Shown here: positions 19,725 through 30,588 of the stretch, in pieces
Layout: every line of letters begins with the position of its first letter
Numbering within the stretch: position 1 is the first letter of the stretch
Source: Armatimonadota bacterium
GTDB lineage: Bacteria > Armatimonadota > SYMT01
DNA length: 64,000 nt
Assembly (NCBI GenBank): GCA_046292385.1
Contig: JBKBRF010000003.1
Location: forward strand, 242,231 to 306,230
Direction: 5' to 3'
Program-made: the position numbers and the translations under genes
The notes under the pieces: generated by a model
Database searches by the model: none
What the model was told of the DNA's origin: nothing
Seen by the model: the letters and a program-made list of their open reading frames with translations, nothing else

Positions 19725-20759
19725 GTGATACGAGTGGGAATCATCGGGGCGCGCGGCTTTACGGGGGGAGAGCTGCTCCGCCTGCTGCAGCAGCACCCGG
19801 AGCTCGAGGTCACTTACGCCACCTCGGAGAGCCAGGCGGATACTCCGGTCGCCGCCGCCTACCCCGGCCTGCTCGGCACGACCGATCTCCGCTTCAGCGC
19901 GTTCGACACCGCCGGCGCGCTGGCAGCGGCCGACGCCTTCTTCTTCGCCCGGCCGGACGGCGAAGCGATGGCGATGGTGGCGCCGCTCCTGGAGGCCGGG
20001 CGCAAGGTGGTCGACATCTCCGGCGACTTCCGCGTCCGCGACCGGGAGACGTACGAGCGGTGGTACAAGCGAGAGCACACCTCGCCGGAGCTGCTCGCGT
20101 CGGCCGTCTACGGCCTGCCGGAGCTCCACCCGGAGGTGAAGGACGCGGCGCTGGTGGCGAACCCCGGCTGCTTCCCCTCCGCGAGCCTGCTGGCGGTGGC
20201 GCCGCTCTTCGCCAGGGGTCTCGCCGAGCCGGACTCGCTCGTCGTGGATGCCAAGAGCGGCGTATCCGGCGCGGGCGGGCGGTCGTCGCTCGACCCGGCG
20301 TACTCCTTCGCGGCGATCAGCGACAACTTCCGCGCCTACAACGTGGGCGGCCACCGGCATATCGCGGAGATGGAGCAGGAGCTGGCGGCGCTGCTCGGCG
20401 AGGCGGTGACGATGAGCTTTAGCGCCCACCTGCTGCCGCTCATGCGCGGTATTCTCGCGACCTGCTACGTGACGCTGCGGGAGGAGCCGGGCGACGTGAC
20501 GGGGCTCTACCGGGAATTCTACCGGGACGCGCCGTTCGTCCACGTGCTCGCGGAGACGCTGCCGGAGCTGCGCTACGTGGCCGGCTCCAACGCCTGCCAC
20601 GTGGCGGTGCGGTACGACGCCCGCACCCGGCGCGCGACCTGCCTGAGCGCGATCGACAACCTGGTAAAGGGCGCCGCCGGCTCGGCCATTCAGAACATGA
20701 ACCTCGTGTGCGGCCTGCCGGAGACCGCCGGGCTGCTGCACCCCGCTACGGGGCCGTAG
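19725..20759 (+). CDS. argC: N-acetyl-gamma-glutamyl-phosphate reductase
   Basis: GIIGARGFTG.ELLRLL, D.SGDFR, VYGLPE, VANPGC, SGVSGAG, IDNLVKGAAG; GTG start follows AAAGGA. Confidence 0.96.
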   Translation: MIRVGIIGARGFTGGELLRLLQQHPELEVTYATSESQADTPVAAAYPGLLGTTDLRFSAFDTAGALAAADAFFFARPDGEAMAMVAPLLEAGRKVVDISGDFRVRDRETYERWYKREHTSPELLASAVYGLPELHPEVKDAALVANPGCFPSASLLAVAPLFARGLAEPDSLVVDAKSGVSGAGGRSSLDPAYSFAAISDNFRAYNVGGHRHIAEMEQELAALLGEAVTMSFSAHLLPLMRGILATCYVTLREEPGDVTGLYREFYRDAPFVHVLAETLPELRYVAGSNACHVAVRYDARTRRATCLSAIDNLVKGAAGSAIQNMNLVCGLPETAGLLHPATGP

Positions 20760-20777
20760 CCGGTCCGCAGACGGCGA

Positions 20778-20834
20778 AAGATCGGGTGCTGGAGGTCGAC
20801 CGCGCGGAGCGGCCCACTTCCAGCACCCGATCTT
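20778..20834. terminator. Long hairpin between convergent argC and KGG gene
   Basis: Perfect 16-bp inverted repeat AAGATCGGGTGCTGGA / TCCAGCACCCGATCTT. Confidence 0.6.
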
Positions 20835-20869
20835 CAAGAACCGACTGCCAAGAAGTGTCGGTAGGAGAG

Positions 20870-21061
20870 CTACTCGTTCTGGGACTGGGCGCGCTTTCCC
20901 TGTTCGATAAGCTCCTTGACCTTCTGGCCGCCCTTTCGGCCGATCTCTTCATAGAACCGAGGGCCATGCCGCCGCGCGGTGACCTCGCCCCCCTTCCGCC
21001 CCGCCTCGCGGACGGTCATTCCACCGGACTTTGACTTGCCGGATTTGTCGTTCTGTGCCAT
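20870..21061 (-). CDS. KGG-repeat general stress protein (GsiB/YciG-like)
   Basis: EAGRKGG and FYEEIGRKGG repeats; 63 aa, hydrophilic; AGGAG RBS. Confidence 0.88.
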   Translation of the reverse strand: MAQNDKSGKSKSGGMTVREAGRKGGEVTARRHGPRFYEEIGRKGGQKVKELIEQGKRAQSQNE

Positions 21062-21185
21062 GCCTGTTCTCCTGGATCGGCGACCGGCGCCCCCGGACTC
21101 CTAACCGGCCGCCGGCATTCCGACGCGGGCTCAGCGGTAAAGCAACCGCTCGAGGAGCCACGGTCCCCTTTCGTCCGCTCGGTCT

Positions 21186-21211
21186 ATACCCGGGCGTCTC
21201 AGATGCAAAAC
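21186..21211 (-). promoter_or_regulatory. Putative SigB/SigF-type promoter for the KGG gene
   Basis: Minus strand GTTT-N16-GGGTAT. Confidence 0.55.
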
Positions 21212-21227
21212 GGCGGTAATGCTTTGC

Positions 21228-21256
21228 TTGACCGGTAGAGTGTCGCCAGCTATACT
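21228..21256 (+). promoter_or_regulatory. Putative sigma70 promoter for argJ-argB
   Basis: TTGACC-17 nt-TATACT. Confidence 0.75.
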
Positions 21257-21315
21257 GCGGCTTGTTGCCCCGGCGCTAACTGCGTGCCCGGGGCTTTTCG
21301 GTTTGGTGCCGTCCT

Positions 21316-22524
<1,209 letters not shown>

Positions 22525-22527
22525 GGA

Positions 22528-22633
22528 AGGGTATAGGGTCTAGGGTTTAGGGTTTAGTCACCCCGCCCGTCAGTATGCTTCGTTACCGCAATCGGCCCCT
22601 AGACCCTGACCCCCAGACCCTAGACCCTAGCCC
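22528..22633. repeat. Inverted pair of heptamer tracts (AGGGTYT)n / (AGACCCT)n
   Basis: 22528-22557 and 22597-22633 fill the argJ-argB spacer. Confidence 0.85.
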
Positions 22634-23509
22634 ATGAGCGACACCCTTCGTGCGGAGACCCTGGCGGAAGCGCTTCCTTACATCCAGCAGTGGAGCGGGA
22701 AGACGGTCGTCGTCAAGTACGGCGGCGCGGCGATGACCGACGAGGCGCTGCGCCACCAGGTGATGCAGGACATCGTGCTGATGCACTACGTCGGCGTCCG
22801 GCCGATCCTGGTGCACGGCGGCGGGCCGGAAGTCTCGCAGGCGATGAAGCGGGCGGGCAAGGAGCCGGTCTTCGTCCGCGGCCTCCGCGTCACCGACGCC
22901 GAGACGATCGAGATCGTGGAGATGGTGCTCGCGGGGAAGACGAACAAGGGGATCGTCTCGCTCCTCCACCAGCAGGGCGGCCGCGCCGTGGGCCTCTCCG
23001 GGAAAGACGGCAACCTCTTCGTCGCGGAGAAGATGCGGACACCGGACGGTGCCGACCTCGGCTTCGTGGGCGACGTGGTGGAAGTGAATCCCCACGTGCT
23101 CCAGACCCTGGTGGCCGGCGGGTACATCCCGGTGATCTGCAGCGTGGCGGTCGGCCGCGCGGGCGAGACCTACAACATCAACGCCGACCACGTGGCGGGC
23201 CGCCTCGCCGCCGAGTTGAATGCCGCCAAGCTGGTGCTGCTGACCGACGTGCGCGGGATCCTGGAAGACGTAAGCCGGCCGGAGTCGCTCCTCTCGGAGA
23301 TCACCGCTTCTCGCGCGCGGGAGCTGGTGGCGAGCGGGGTGGTCGACCGCGGCATGATCCCCAAGGTAGAGGCGTGCCTGATGGCGCTCGACGGCGGCGT
23401 GCCGCGCGCGCACATCCTGGACGGTCGCGCGCCCCACAGCCTCCTCACGGAGCTCTTCACCGACCACGGCGTCGGCACGATGATCGTGGCGGATGAAAGT
23501 CAGGGATGA
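22634..23509 (+). CDS. argB: Acetylglutamate kinase
   Basis: VVKYGG.AM, VHGGGP, GLRVTD, YNINAD, GMIPK, ELFT..G.GT. Confidence 0.97.
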   Translation: MSDTLRAETLAEALPYIQQWSGKTVVVKYGGAAMTDEALRHQVMQDIVLMHYVGVRPILVHGGGPEVSQAMKRAGKEPVFVRGLRVTDAETIEIVEMVLAGKTNKGIVSLLHQQGGRAVGLSGKDGNLFVAEKMRTPDGADLGFVGDVVEVNPHVLQTLVAGGYIPVICSVAVGRAGETYNINADHVAGRLAAELNAAKLVLLTDVRGILEDVSRPESLLSEITASRARELVASGVVDRGMIPKVEACLMALDGGVPRAHILDGRAPHSLLTELFTDHGVGTMIVADESQG

Positions 23510-23881
23510 ACGCGGAGGTATGAGGGATGAATCCGAACCCTCCGTCAGCGGGAGGTCCTGCTCCTGCTCTTACTCTTGCTCTTGCTCGCTGGCGACCCCC
23601 AGTGCTCCGGCACGTCTGCGCCAGCTGGATCCACGCGGGGTGATTGCCGGCCCGCACGCCGGGCCCTGAAGGACCCGGCTGCCTTTGTTTCGGGAAGCAC
23701 CCTGAAGGGCGCTTGCGCTGCCGCAGGGCCGGCAGGTGAAAGCTTCACCGTCCCGCCGCCCTTCCGGGGGCGCTTCGGCCGCGTTCGGAAAACGAGTACG
23801 AACCTTCCGAGTCCGGATGGTTCGGCTTTAGCCTTTAGCCTTTTGACTTTAGCCTTTAGCGCCCCCCCCGCGTTCATCCCT
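23502..23881. repeat. Nested inverted-repeat element between convergent genes
   Basis: Perfect 14-bp IR at 23502-23515/23868-23881. It encloses inverted CCGAACC(C/A)TCCG motifs (23533; 23814-23825) and a (GCCTTTA)n tract. Confidence 0.75.
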
Positions 23882-23890
23882 TGCGCTGTC

Positions 23891-24238
23891 TCAGTCTTCG
23901 CGGTCGAGCTGCTCCAGCAGCGTCTTGCGGTTCTGGTGCTGCTGCTCGTACCGGCGGATCCGGTCGATCTCCTTCTCCGAGAGGTCGTCCAGCTTCCGGG
24001 TGACCTGCTCGACCGTCAGGCGGTCGTAGTCGTCGATCGGCAGGTGGCGGTCGGGCGACTTCCCTTCGCGGTCCTGCTGCTTCGCTTCTTTCGTCTCCCC
24101 GAGCTCCGCGCGCTGCTTGTTCACGATCCGCGCCGCCACCTCTTCTTCCCGTCCCGGGTAGCGGCCTTCTTCCTTGAACTCCTCTTTGAGCTCCTCGTAC
24201 TCGCGCTCTCGCTTCTGGCTCCAGGCTTGCTGCGGCAT
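23891..24238 (-). CDS. Hydrophilic hypothetical protein, probably stress-associated
   Basis: AAAGGAGG RBS; MPQQAWSQKREREYE...AARIVNK.RA..GE; C-terminal LPIDDYD.L...YE....NRKT helical module. Confidence 0.8.
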   Translation of the reverse strand: MPQQAWSQKREREYEELKEEFKEEGRYPGREEEVAARIVNKQRAELGETKEAKQQDREGKSPDRHLPIDDYDRLTVEQVTRKLDDLSEKEIDRIRRYEQQHQNRKTLLEQLDRED

Positions 24239-24323
24239 CGAACGCCTCCTTTCCGGCGGCCTCACAGCCAGGTCATTCCCGGCTGGAGCGGGTCGTCCAA
24301 CACCGGGGCAGCGGTGGGGCGTG

Positions 24324-24863
24324 TCAATCGGTGTGGCCGGACTGGGCGCGGAGGAGCATGATCGTGCCGGTGAGCACGTGTCCCAGGCCGTTAGCCGCGA
24401 AGACGAACGCCACCAGGCGCGCCGGCTCCGGCCAGAGCACGGCGCTGTAGATCAGCAGCACCGCGAACCAGAAGCCGGCACAGTCCGGGCAGGTGAGCAG
24501 GCCGCCGATGGCGCCGCGCAGCCCCTCCCGGACCGGCTCTTCCTGGAGCTCGCCTTCCTCGTCTTCCCAGACTTCCACAAAGGGCGAGCGCAGCGGGCGC
24601 GCGACGTCGTCGAAGGCGATGATCCTGCCGGCGCGGTAGCTGGCGAGCGCGAAGAGCACCAGGTTGAACGGCGTCAGCAGCGTGCGCAGCTCCGGCAGCG
24701 GCCAGCGCCACCAGATGAGCAGCGCGCTCAGCAGGATGAAGGTGCCCATGATGCCGGCGATCCAGGGCGTGCGGCTGTCGCGCAGCGCCTCCGCCAGCCC
24801 GCTGCGCAACTCGCCCTGCCCCGTCCGGCGCCTCACCGGCAGCCGAAATCGTGCGCTCTGCAT
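24324..24863 (-). CDS. DUF1360-like membrane protein
   Basis: LASYR..RIIAFD....PLR.PF...GLR..IG.LLTCP.C.GFW; multiple hydrophobic segments. Confidence 0.75.
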   Translation of the reverse strand: MQSARFRLPVRRRTGQGELRSGLAEALRDSRTPWIAGIMGTFILLSALLIWWRWPLPELRTLLTPFNLVLFALASYRAGRIIAFDDVARPLRSPFVEVWEDEEGELQEEPVREGLRGAIGGLLTCPDCAGFWFAVLLIYSAVLWPEPARLVAFVFAANGLGHVLTGTIMLLRAQSGHTD

Positions 24864-25026
24864 CCCGCTTCCGCTCCCTGTCGTCGCCCCGAGGTCCCCT
24901 GCGTTGTACCCAGCCCGCCCGCGCGGCACGCGCGGAAGTGTCGGTTCGGCTCGGTGTCGAAGGCTAGGGGTATACTTGCCTGTGCCGGTGCGCGCGGTAG
25001 GATCGCGCGCCGGGTGGAGGGCCGGG

Positions 25027-25542
25027 ATGCGGGTGTGGACGGCGAGCCCGGAGGAGACCCAGGCACTGGGCGAGCACCTCGGGCGGCTGCTAAGCCGGGG
25101 CGACGTGGTGACCCTCTCCGGGGATCTGGGGGCCGGGAAGACGGCGCTGGCGCAGGGCATTGCGCGCGGGCTGGACGTGCGGGACGTGGTGAGCAGCCCG
25201 ACCTTTTCGCTGGTGCACGAGTACCGGGGGCGGGTGCCGGTGTGGCACCTCGACACCTACCGGCTCGGCAGCGCGGACGAGCTGATCGACCTGAGCTGGG
25301 CCGACCTCCTCGCCGGGGGCGGCGTGATCCTGGTGGAATGGCCGGAGCGGATCGCCGAGGCGCTGCCGGAGAGCCGGCTGGAGATCGAGCTGGCCCACGG
25401 CCAGGGGGACGCGCGGGAGCTGCGGCTGAGGCCTCGCGGCGAGCGGATGCAGCGAGTGGTCGAGCAGCTCGAGCGCTCTTTAGAACTGAGCGGGGGAGTG
25501 GGAGCAAGGGAGAGTGGGGGAGTTGGGAACCCGCTTTCGTGA
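25027..25542 (+). CDS. tsaE: tRNA threonylcarbamoyladenosine ATPase TsaE
   Basis: L.GDLGAGKT, VSSPTF, HLD.YRL, VEWPE. The C-terminus runs into a purine-rich repeat tract. Confidence 0.95.
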   Translation: MRVWTASPEETQALGEHLGRLLSRGDVVTLSGDLGAGKTALAQGIARGLDVRDVVSSPTFSLVHEYRGRVPVWHLDTYRLGSADELIDLSWADLLAGGGVILVEWPERIAEALPESRLEIELAHGQGDARELRLRPRGERMQRVVEQLERSLELSGGVGARESGGVGNPLS

Positions 25543-25616
25543 GCGGCTTCTCAAGCTCGCCCACTCTCCCATTCGCCCATTCAATTCCGACAGAAGCACG
25601 TGATCAGGTAAGACAG

Positions 25617-26321
25617 ATGTGGGTTCTGGGGATCGAGACCTCCGGGGAGCTGGCCGGTCTGGCGGTGGCGGATGAGCAGGGTGTGGCGGCGGAGCTGGCG
25701 TTCCGGCACCGCAACGAGCTTTCGCGCACGCTGGCCGGGCGGGTGGAGGCGGTGCTGGCGCTGGCGGGGATCGAGGTGGGGGACCTGGGCGGCATCGCGG
25801 TGACCGTCGGCCCCGGCTCGTTCACCGGGCTGCGCCTGGGGGTCACCTTCGCCAAGTCGCTCGCGCTGGCGCGGCAGCTTCCGGTGGTCGGGATCGGGGC
25901 CCTGGAGGCGCTGGCGGCGGAGCGTCCCGCGCACCCGGACGCGCTGATCTGTGCGGTGATGAGCGCCTCCGACAAGGACCTCTACGCCGCCCTCTTCCAG
26001 TGGCGCGGCGGGAGGCCGGAGCCGCGCGCGGAGGAGATGCTGCTGCCGGTGCAGGATCTGGCGCAGCGGCTGGCGCGGGCGCCGCTCCACGTGATCCTGG
26101 CGGGACAACCGGGCCCGCACCGGGCGCTGCTCTGCGAGGCCTTGGGCGATCGTCTCTCCGTGCTGCCCTACGACGTCCCGCCCCGCGCCGCCACCGTGGC
26201 GCTCCTGGGTCACATGCGGATCGCGGAGGGGGCGGTGTCCGACCTTCACGCGCTCGGCCCGCGCTACCTGCGGCCGTCCGCCGCGGAAGCGCGACGGGAG
26301 GCGGCGTGCCAGGGCTCGTGA
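25617..26321 (+). CDS. tsaB: tRNA threonylcarbamoyltransferase dimerisation subunit TsaB
   Basis: LGIETS, GPGSFTGLR.G, P.YLR.S.AE. Confidence 0.95.
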   Translation: MWVLGIETSGELAGLAVADEQGVAAELAFRHRNELSRTLAGRVEAVLALAGIEVGDLGGIAVTVGPGSFTGLRLGVTFAKSLALARQLPVVGIGALEALAAERPAHPDALICAVMSASDKDLYAALFQWRGGRPEPRAEEMLLPVQDLAQRLARAPLHVILAGQPGPHRALLCEALGDRLSVLPYDVPPRAATVALLGHMRIAEGAVSDLHALGPRYLRPSAAEARREAACQGS

Positions 26322-26812
26322 TCCGCGCCATGTCTCCGGAAGACCTGGAGGCGGTGTGTGCGATCGACCGGCGCTGCTTCCCGGAGCCGTGGTCGCGGGA
26401 AACCTTCGCGGGAGAGTGCGCCAGTCCGGTTGGCTACTACCGCGTGGCGGAGCTGGAGGGCCGGGTCGCCGGCTACCTGGGCAGCCAGATCATCCCGGAC
26501 GAGGCGCACGTCACCACCTTCGGGGTGGCCCCGGAGCTGCGGCGGCGCGGCGTGGGAGAGCGGCTCCTGGCCGATTTCCTGCTGGCGGCGGTGCAGGCCG
26601 GCTGCCGGCGCATCACGCTGGAGGTGCGGGCCAGCAACCGCGCCGCGGAGCAGCTCTACCGGAAGTGGGGCTTCGCGCCGGTGAGCCGGCGGCGGGGCTA
26701 CTACACCGACAACGACGAGGACGCGATCGTGATGTGGATCGAAGACACCAGCCGCTTCGGCTTCCGGACGATGCTGGAAGAGCGCACGCGCGCGCTGGCG
26801 GCGGAAGGTTAG
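26306..26812 (+). CDS. rimI: Ribosomal-protein-alanine N-acetyltransferase (GNAT)
   Basis: F..PWS, RRRGVG, TLEVR.SN..A..LY.K.GF....RRGYY...EDA.VM; lies between tsaB and tsaD. Confidence 0.92.
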   Translation: MPGLVIRAMSPEDLEAVCAIDRRCFPEPWSRETFAGECASPVGYYRVAELEGRVAGYLGSQIIPDEAHVTTFGVAPELRRRGVGERLLADFLLAAVQAGCRRITLEVRASNRAAEQLYRKWGFAPVSRRRGYYTDNDEDAIVMWIEDTSRFGFRTMLEERTRALAAEG

Positions 26813-26817
26813 CGCCG

Positions 26818-27825
26818 ATGCGAGTACTTGGAATCGAGTCGTCCTGCGACGAGACCGCCGCGGCGGTGGTGGAGGGCGGCTGGACTGTCCGGAGCAACGT
26901 CATCGCCTCGCAGGCGGAGCTGCACGCGCCGTTCGGGGGCGTGGTACCGGAGATCGCCTCCCGCCGGCACGTGGAGCTGGTGACCCACGTGATCCAGGAA
27001 GCGCTCGACCAGGCGGGGATGAGGCTGGATGACGTGGAAGGGCTCGCCGTCACCAACCGCCCCGGCCTGATCGGCTCGCTGCTGGTCGGCGTCACCGCCG
27101 CCAAGGGCCTGGCGCTCGGCAGCGACCTCCCGCTCGTGGGGGTCCACCACATCGAAGGCCACGTCTTCAGCAGCTTCCTGGCGGAGGGCGGCCCGCAGGT
27201 GCCGGCGGTCGCCCTGATCGCCTCCGGCGGCCACACGGAGCTCTACTATGTGCGCGATCTGCACGACTACTTCGTGATGGGCCGCCGCCGGGACGACGCG
27301 GCGGGGGAGGCGTTCGACAAAGGCGCGCGGCTGCTCGGCCTCGGCAGCGGCGGCGGCGCGGCGCTCGACCGCCTGGCCCGCGAGGGCGACCCGGAGAAGG
27401 TGCCGTTCCCCAAGGCGCGCACGGAGCCGCCGCTCGACTTCAGCTTCAGCGGGGTCAAGACGGCGCTGCTCCGCTTCGTGCAGGAAGACGCGGGGAAGAC
27501 GCCCCTGGCGGAGGTGGCGGCCGGCTATCAGCGCGCGATCGTCGACGCCCTGGCGGAACGCGCCGTGCTGGCCGTGCAGCGCAGCGGGGCGCCGCGGCTG
27601 CTGGTCGGCGGCGGCGTGGCGGCCAACTCCACGCTCCAGGCCCGTCTCCGCGCGGAGGCGGAGCTGCACGGCTTCGAGGTCTCGTTCCCGCCCCCGTCGC
27701 TCTGCACCGACAACGCCGCGATGATCGCCGCCGTCGGCCACAGCCTCCTCGACCGCGGCGTCCGCCATGGCCTCGACCTGGAAACCCAGGCGCGCGCGCC
27801 GCTGACGGAGAAGGTCTACCGGTAG
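26818..27825 (+). CDS. tsaD: tRNA N6-adenosine threonylcarbamoyltransferase TsaD
   Basis: LGIESSCDET, GGVVPEIASR.H, HIEGH, SGGHT, DDAAGEAFDK, CTDNAAMIA. Confidence 0.97.
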   Translation: MRVLGIESSCDETAAAVVEGGWTVRSNVIASQAELHAPFGGVVPEIASRRHVELVTHVIQEALDQAGMRLDDVEGLAVTNRPGLIGSLLVGVTAAKGLALGSDLPLVGVHHIEGHVFSSFLAEGGPQVPAVALIASGGHTELYYVRDLHDYFVMGRRRDDAAGEAFDKGARLLGLGSGGGAALDRLAREGDPEKVPFPKARTEPPLDFSFSGVKTALLRFVQEDAGKTPLAEVAAGYQRAIVDALAERAVLAVQRSGAPRLLVGGGVAANSTLQARLRAEAELHGFEVSFPPPSLCTDNAAMIAAVGHSLLDRGVRHGLDLETQARAPLTEKVYR

Positions 27826-27829
27826 GGCC

Positions 27830-28037
27830 GAAGGCAAAAGGCGAAAGGCAAAAAGTCCGAACCCTCCGTGAACGGGAGGTCCTGCTGCTCTGAAAACAGC
27901 CGTCGAGATTTGGCACGGTGGGTGAGCACTCCGGCGCGGCCTAACCCCCCAACCCCCTTCCCTGAAGTGGAAGGGGGAGTCGCGGCATCACACCGATAGC
28001 TTCCCTCTCCTCACAGGAGAGGGAACCGAGGGTGAGG
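27830..28037. repeat. Cluster of REP-like repeats and hairpins downstream of tsaD
   Basis: (AAAGGCA)n plus CCGAACCCTCCG element at 27857; hairpins CCCCCTTCC/GGAAGGGGG (27953-27977) and TTCCCTCTCCT/AGGAGAGGGAA (28001-28025). Confidence 0.65.
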
Positions 28038-28378
28038 CCCCGTGAGCAGGAGCCGCCGCCGCACCTTTCATGGCCGCGGGTGACCCGGAGGACAACTCGT
28101 GCTCGAAGGCGCTCCGGGATAGCTGTGCTCTACGCCAGGAGATCACCGCTGCGCCGCCGGAGGTCTCCCACCCCCTTGCGCCCATTCTCCCACTCAGTCC
28201 GGCGAAAGCCGCGGGTCACTCCCGCAGCTTCTGCCGCACCGGCGGGCGACCGCCGCTCCCGTGCAGCCCCTCAACCGACCGGCGATTGCCGGATACGGAC
28301 GCGGCGTGATACCATAGGCCGTTTGCAAGCCCCGGTCGGCCGCTCCGGCCGGGGCCGACCTTCGGAGCAGAGAAGTCG

Positions 28379-29689
28379 ATGCTGTTGCTAGGCACCCAGC
28401 GCGTGAATGCCCAGGGGCACCTCGAGATCGGCGGCGTGGATACCGTCGACCTCGCGCGGGAGTTCGGGACGCCGCTGTACGTGATGGACGAAGCCACGCT
28501 CCGCCGGAACTGCCGGGACTACCTGGCGGCATTCCGGGCGCGCTGGCACGACGTAAAGGTCTCGTTCGCGGGCAAAGCGTTCCTCTGCAAAGGCATCTGC
28601 AAGGTCATCGAGCAGGAAGGGTTCTGCCTCGACGTCGCCTCCGGCGGCGAGCTCTACACGGCGCTGGAGGCCGGCTTCCCCGCGGAGCGGATCTCGGTCC
28701 ACGGCAACAACAAGTCGGTGGAAGAGCTTCAGATGGCGCTCGACGCCCGCGTGGGCCACATCGTGGTCGACAACTTCCTGGAGCTGGACCAGCTCACGGA
28801 GCTGACCCGCGGGCTCTCGGAGCCGCAGTCGGTGCTGCTCCGGGTGGCGCCGGGCATCGATCCTCAGACGCACCGCCGGATCAGCACGGGGCAGGTCGAT
28901 ACCAAGTTCGGGTTCGACGTCGCCAGCGGGGCGGCGCTCGCCGCGCTCAGCCGCGCGCAGGAGATCCCGGGGCTGCGCCTCCGCGGCATTCACTGCCACG
29001 TCGGCTCGCAGCTCCTCGATACCGACTGCCACGTCGACTCGGTGGCGGTGATGGTCGACCTCCTCGCGCAGGTGAAGCGCGACCTCGGCATCGAGCTGGA
29101 AGAGCTGAACATCGGCGGCGGCCTCGGCATCCGGTACCTGCGCGACCACCGGCCGCCGACCCTGGAAGAGTTCGCGGACGCGGTCACCCAGACGCTGCGC
29201 GAGGAGCTGGACCGCCACGGCCTGAAGGCGCCGGTGCTGCTGCAGGAGCCGGGCCGCTCCCTGGTCGGCGAGGCGGGGACCACCCTCTACACCATCGGCT
29301 CCAGCAAGCTCGTCCCGGGCGTGCGCACCTACGTCTCCGTCGACGGCGGCCTGTCGGACAACCCGCGGCCGGCCCTCTACGAGGCGAAGTACGAGGTGCT
29401 GGTGGCGAACAAGGCGGGCCAGCCGCACGACCAGGTGGTCACCGTCGCCGGCAAGCACTGTGAGACCGACATCCTGTTCAAGGACGTGGCCCTTGCCTCT
29501 CCGCGCGCGGGGGACCTGCTGGCGGTGCAGTCGACCGGCGCCTACAACTTCGTGATGGCGAGCAACTACAACCGCTTCCGCCGCCCGCCGGTGGTGCTGG
29601 TGAACGACGGCCGGGCCGACCTCCTGGTGCGCCGCGAGACGTTCGAGGACCTCGTCGCGCGGGACGTGATCCCGTCCCGGTTGCTGTAG
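28379..29689 (+). CDS. lysA: Diaminopimelate decarboxylase
   Basis: FGTPLYV, AGKAF (PLP Lys), HGNNK, KFG, HCHVGSQ, GGGLG, EPGRS, KHCE.D, TGAY...ASNYN. Confidence 0.96.
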   Translation: MLLLGTQRVNAQGHLEIGGVDTVDLAREFGTPLYVMDEATLRRNCRDYLAAFRARWHDVKVSFAGKAFLCKGICKVIEQEGFCLDVASGGELYTALEAGFPAERISVHGNNKSVEELQMALDARVGHIVVDNFLELDQLTELTRGLSEPQSVLLRVAPGIDPQTHRRISTGQVDTKFGFDVASGAALAALSRAQEIPGLRLRGIHCHVGSQLLDTDCHVDSVAVMVDLLAQVKRDLGIELEELNIGGGLGIRYLRDHRPPTLEEFADAVTQTLREELDRHGLKAPVLLQEPGRSLVGEAGTTLYTIGSSKLVPGVRTYVSVDGGLSDNPRPALYEAKYEVLVANKAGQPHDQVVTVAGKHCETDILFKDVALASPRAGDLLAVQSTGAYNFVMASNYNRFRRPPVVLVNDGRADLLVRRETFEDLVARDVIPSRLL

Positions 29690-29691
29690 CT

Positions 29692-29781
29692 CGTTACAGG
29701 TTATCAGGTTGCAAGTTGCAGGTTCGGCCGTGGCACCGGGAACCGAGAACCTGTAAACCTGGAAACCTGAAACCTGCGAAC
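29692..29781. repeat. Inverted pair of (CAGGTT)/(AACCTG)-core tandem tracts
   Basis: 29692-29725 versus 29741-29781. The same family occurs at 53943-54012, 62089-62190 and 62884-62971. Confidence 0.75.
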
Positions 29782-29934
29782 ATCCTGACACGGCCCCCGG
29801 AGGAAGCACTATCCTTCGGGGGCCGTCGTGTCTCTGAGAGCGTGGACGGTACGCGTCCGGGGCGGAGGTTCGGAGGATCGGGCAGGCGAACGGGATCACA
29901 TTGCGGTCGGCCCAGCGAGATTGAGAGGCTGAAG

Positions 29935-30216
29935 ATGGATCCGGGTGTCGTGATCGTCTCGGTGGTGGGGACCCTGGCGGTCTACCGCCTGGCGAAGCAG
30001 TGGATAGAGACGCGGGGAAAGTCCGGCGTGAGCCCGGGGCTCTCCGCGGAGGTCGCCGCGCTGCGCCAGGAAGTGCAGCAGCTCAAGCAGCAGAACAACG
30101 ACCTGCTGCTGACGGTCGACAACAGCCTCGATCGCATGGATCGCCGCGTTTCCCACCTGGAGACGCGCCTCGCCGGCCCGGCGGAAGAGCGGCAGCAGAT
30201 CGGCAGCGGCCGGTAA
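29935..30216 (+). CDS. Small single-TM coiled-coil protein, paralogue 1 of 3
   Basis: N-terminal hydrophobic segment; QQNNDLLLTVDNSLDRMDRRVSHLETR...ERQQIGSGR. Confidence 0.82.
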   Translation: MDPGVVIVSVVGTLAVYRLAKQWIETRGKSGVSPGLSAEVAALRQEVQQLKQQNNDLLLTVDNSLDRMDRRVSHLETRLAGPAEERQQIGSGR

Positions 30217-30258
30217 GCTCCGGAACAGGCAGCGTCTCCAGGCTGCCGGAGAGGTAGA

Positions 30259-30561
30259 ATGCGCGAAGCTGATCTCCTTCTTGTCACCCTGGCAATGCTG
30301 CTTGGGACCGGCACCTTCATCTACCTGGTGCACAGCATCAAGAGCGCGATCCTGGGCCGGGCGAAGGGACGGGTCGACGACGAGCTGCTCGGGGAGATCC
30401 GCGCGCTTCGCATGGAGATGCAGGCGCTGCGGCAGCAGAACAACGAGGTGGTCCTGACGCTCGACAGCAGCCTCGATCGCATGGACCGGCGCCTTTCCTA
30501 CCTGGAGACCCGGCCGCAGCCGCAAGAGCCGGAGCGCCGGCAGATCGGATTGGGCCGCTAG
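30259..30561 (+). CDS. Small single-TM coiled-coil protein, paralogue 2 of 3
   Basis: GAGG RBS; QQNNEVVLTLDSSLDRMDRRLSYLETR...ERRQIGLGR. Confidence 0.85.
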   Translation: MREADLLLVTLAMLLGTGTFIYLVHSIKSAILGRAKGRVDDELLGEIRALRMEMQALRQQNNEVVLTLDSSLDRMDRRLSYLETRPQPQEPERRQIGLGR

Positions 30562-30588
30562 CGCCCGGGAAGCACGGAGAAACCAGCG

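Noticed and set aside
22541..22557. TTTAGGG telomere-like repeat
   Set aside because: Only about two units, and part of a degenerate heptamer tract like others in the window.
24174..26321. 715-aa ORF suggesting a TsaB fusion
   Set aside because: The upstream part overlaps two real genes and is low-complexity. TsaB starts at 25617.
27890..28378. Possible lysine riboswitch upstream of lysA
   Set aside because: No recognisable L-box consensus. The region is explained by repeats and a candidate promoter at 28286-28315; an Rfam search would settle it.
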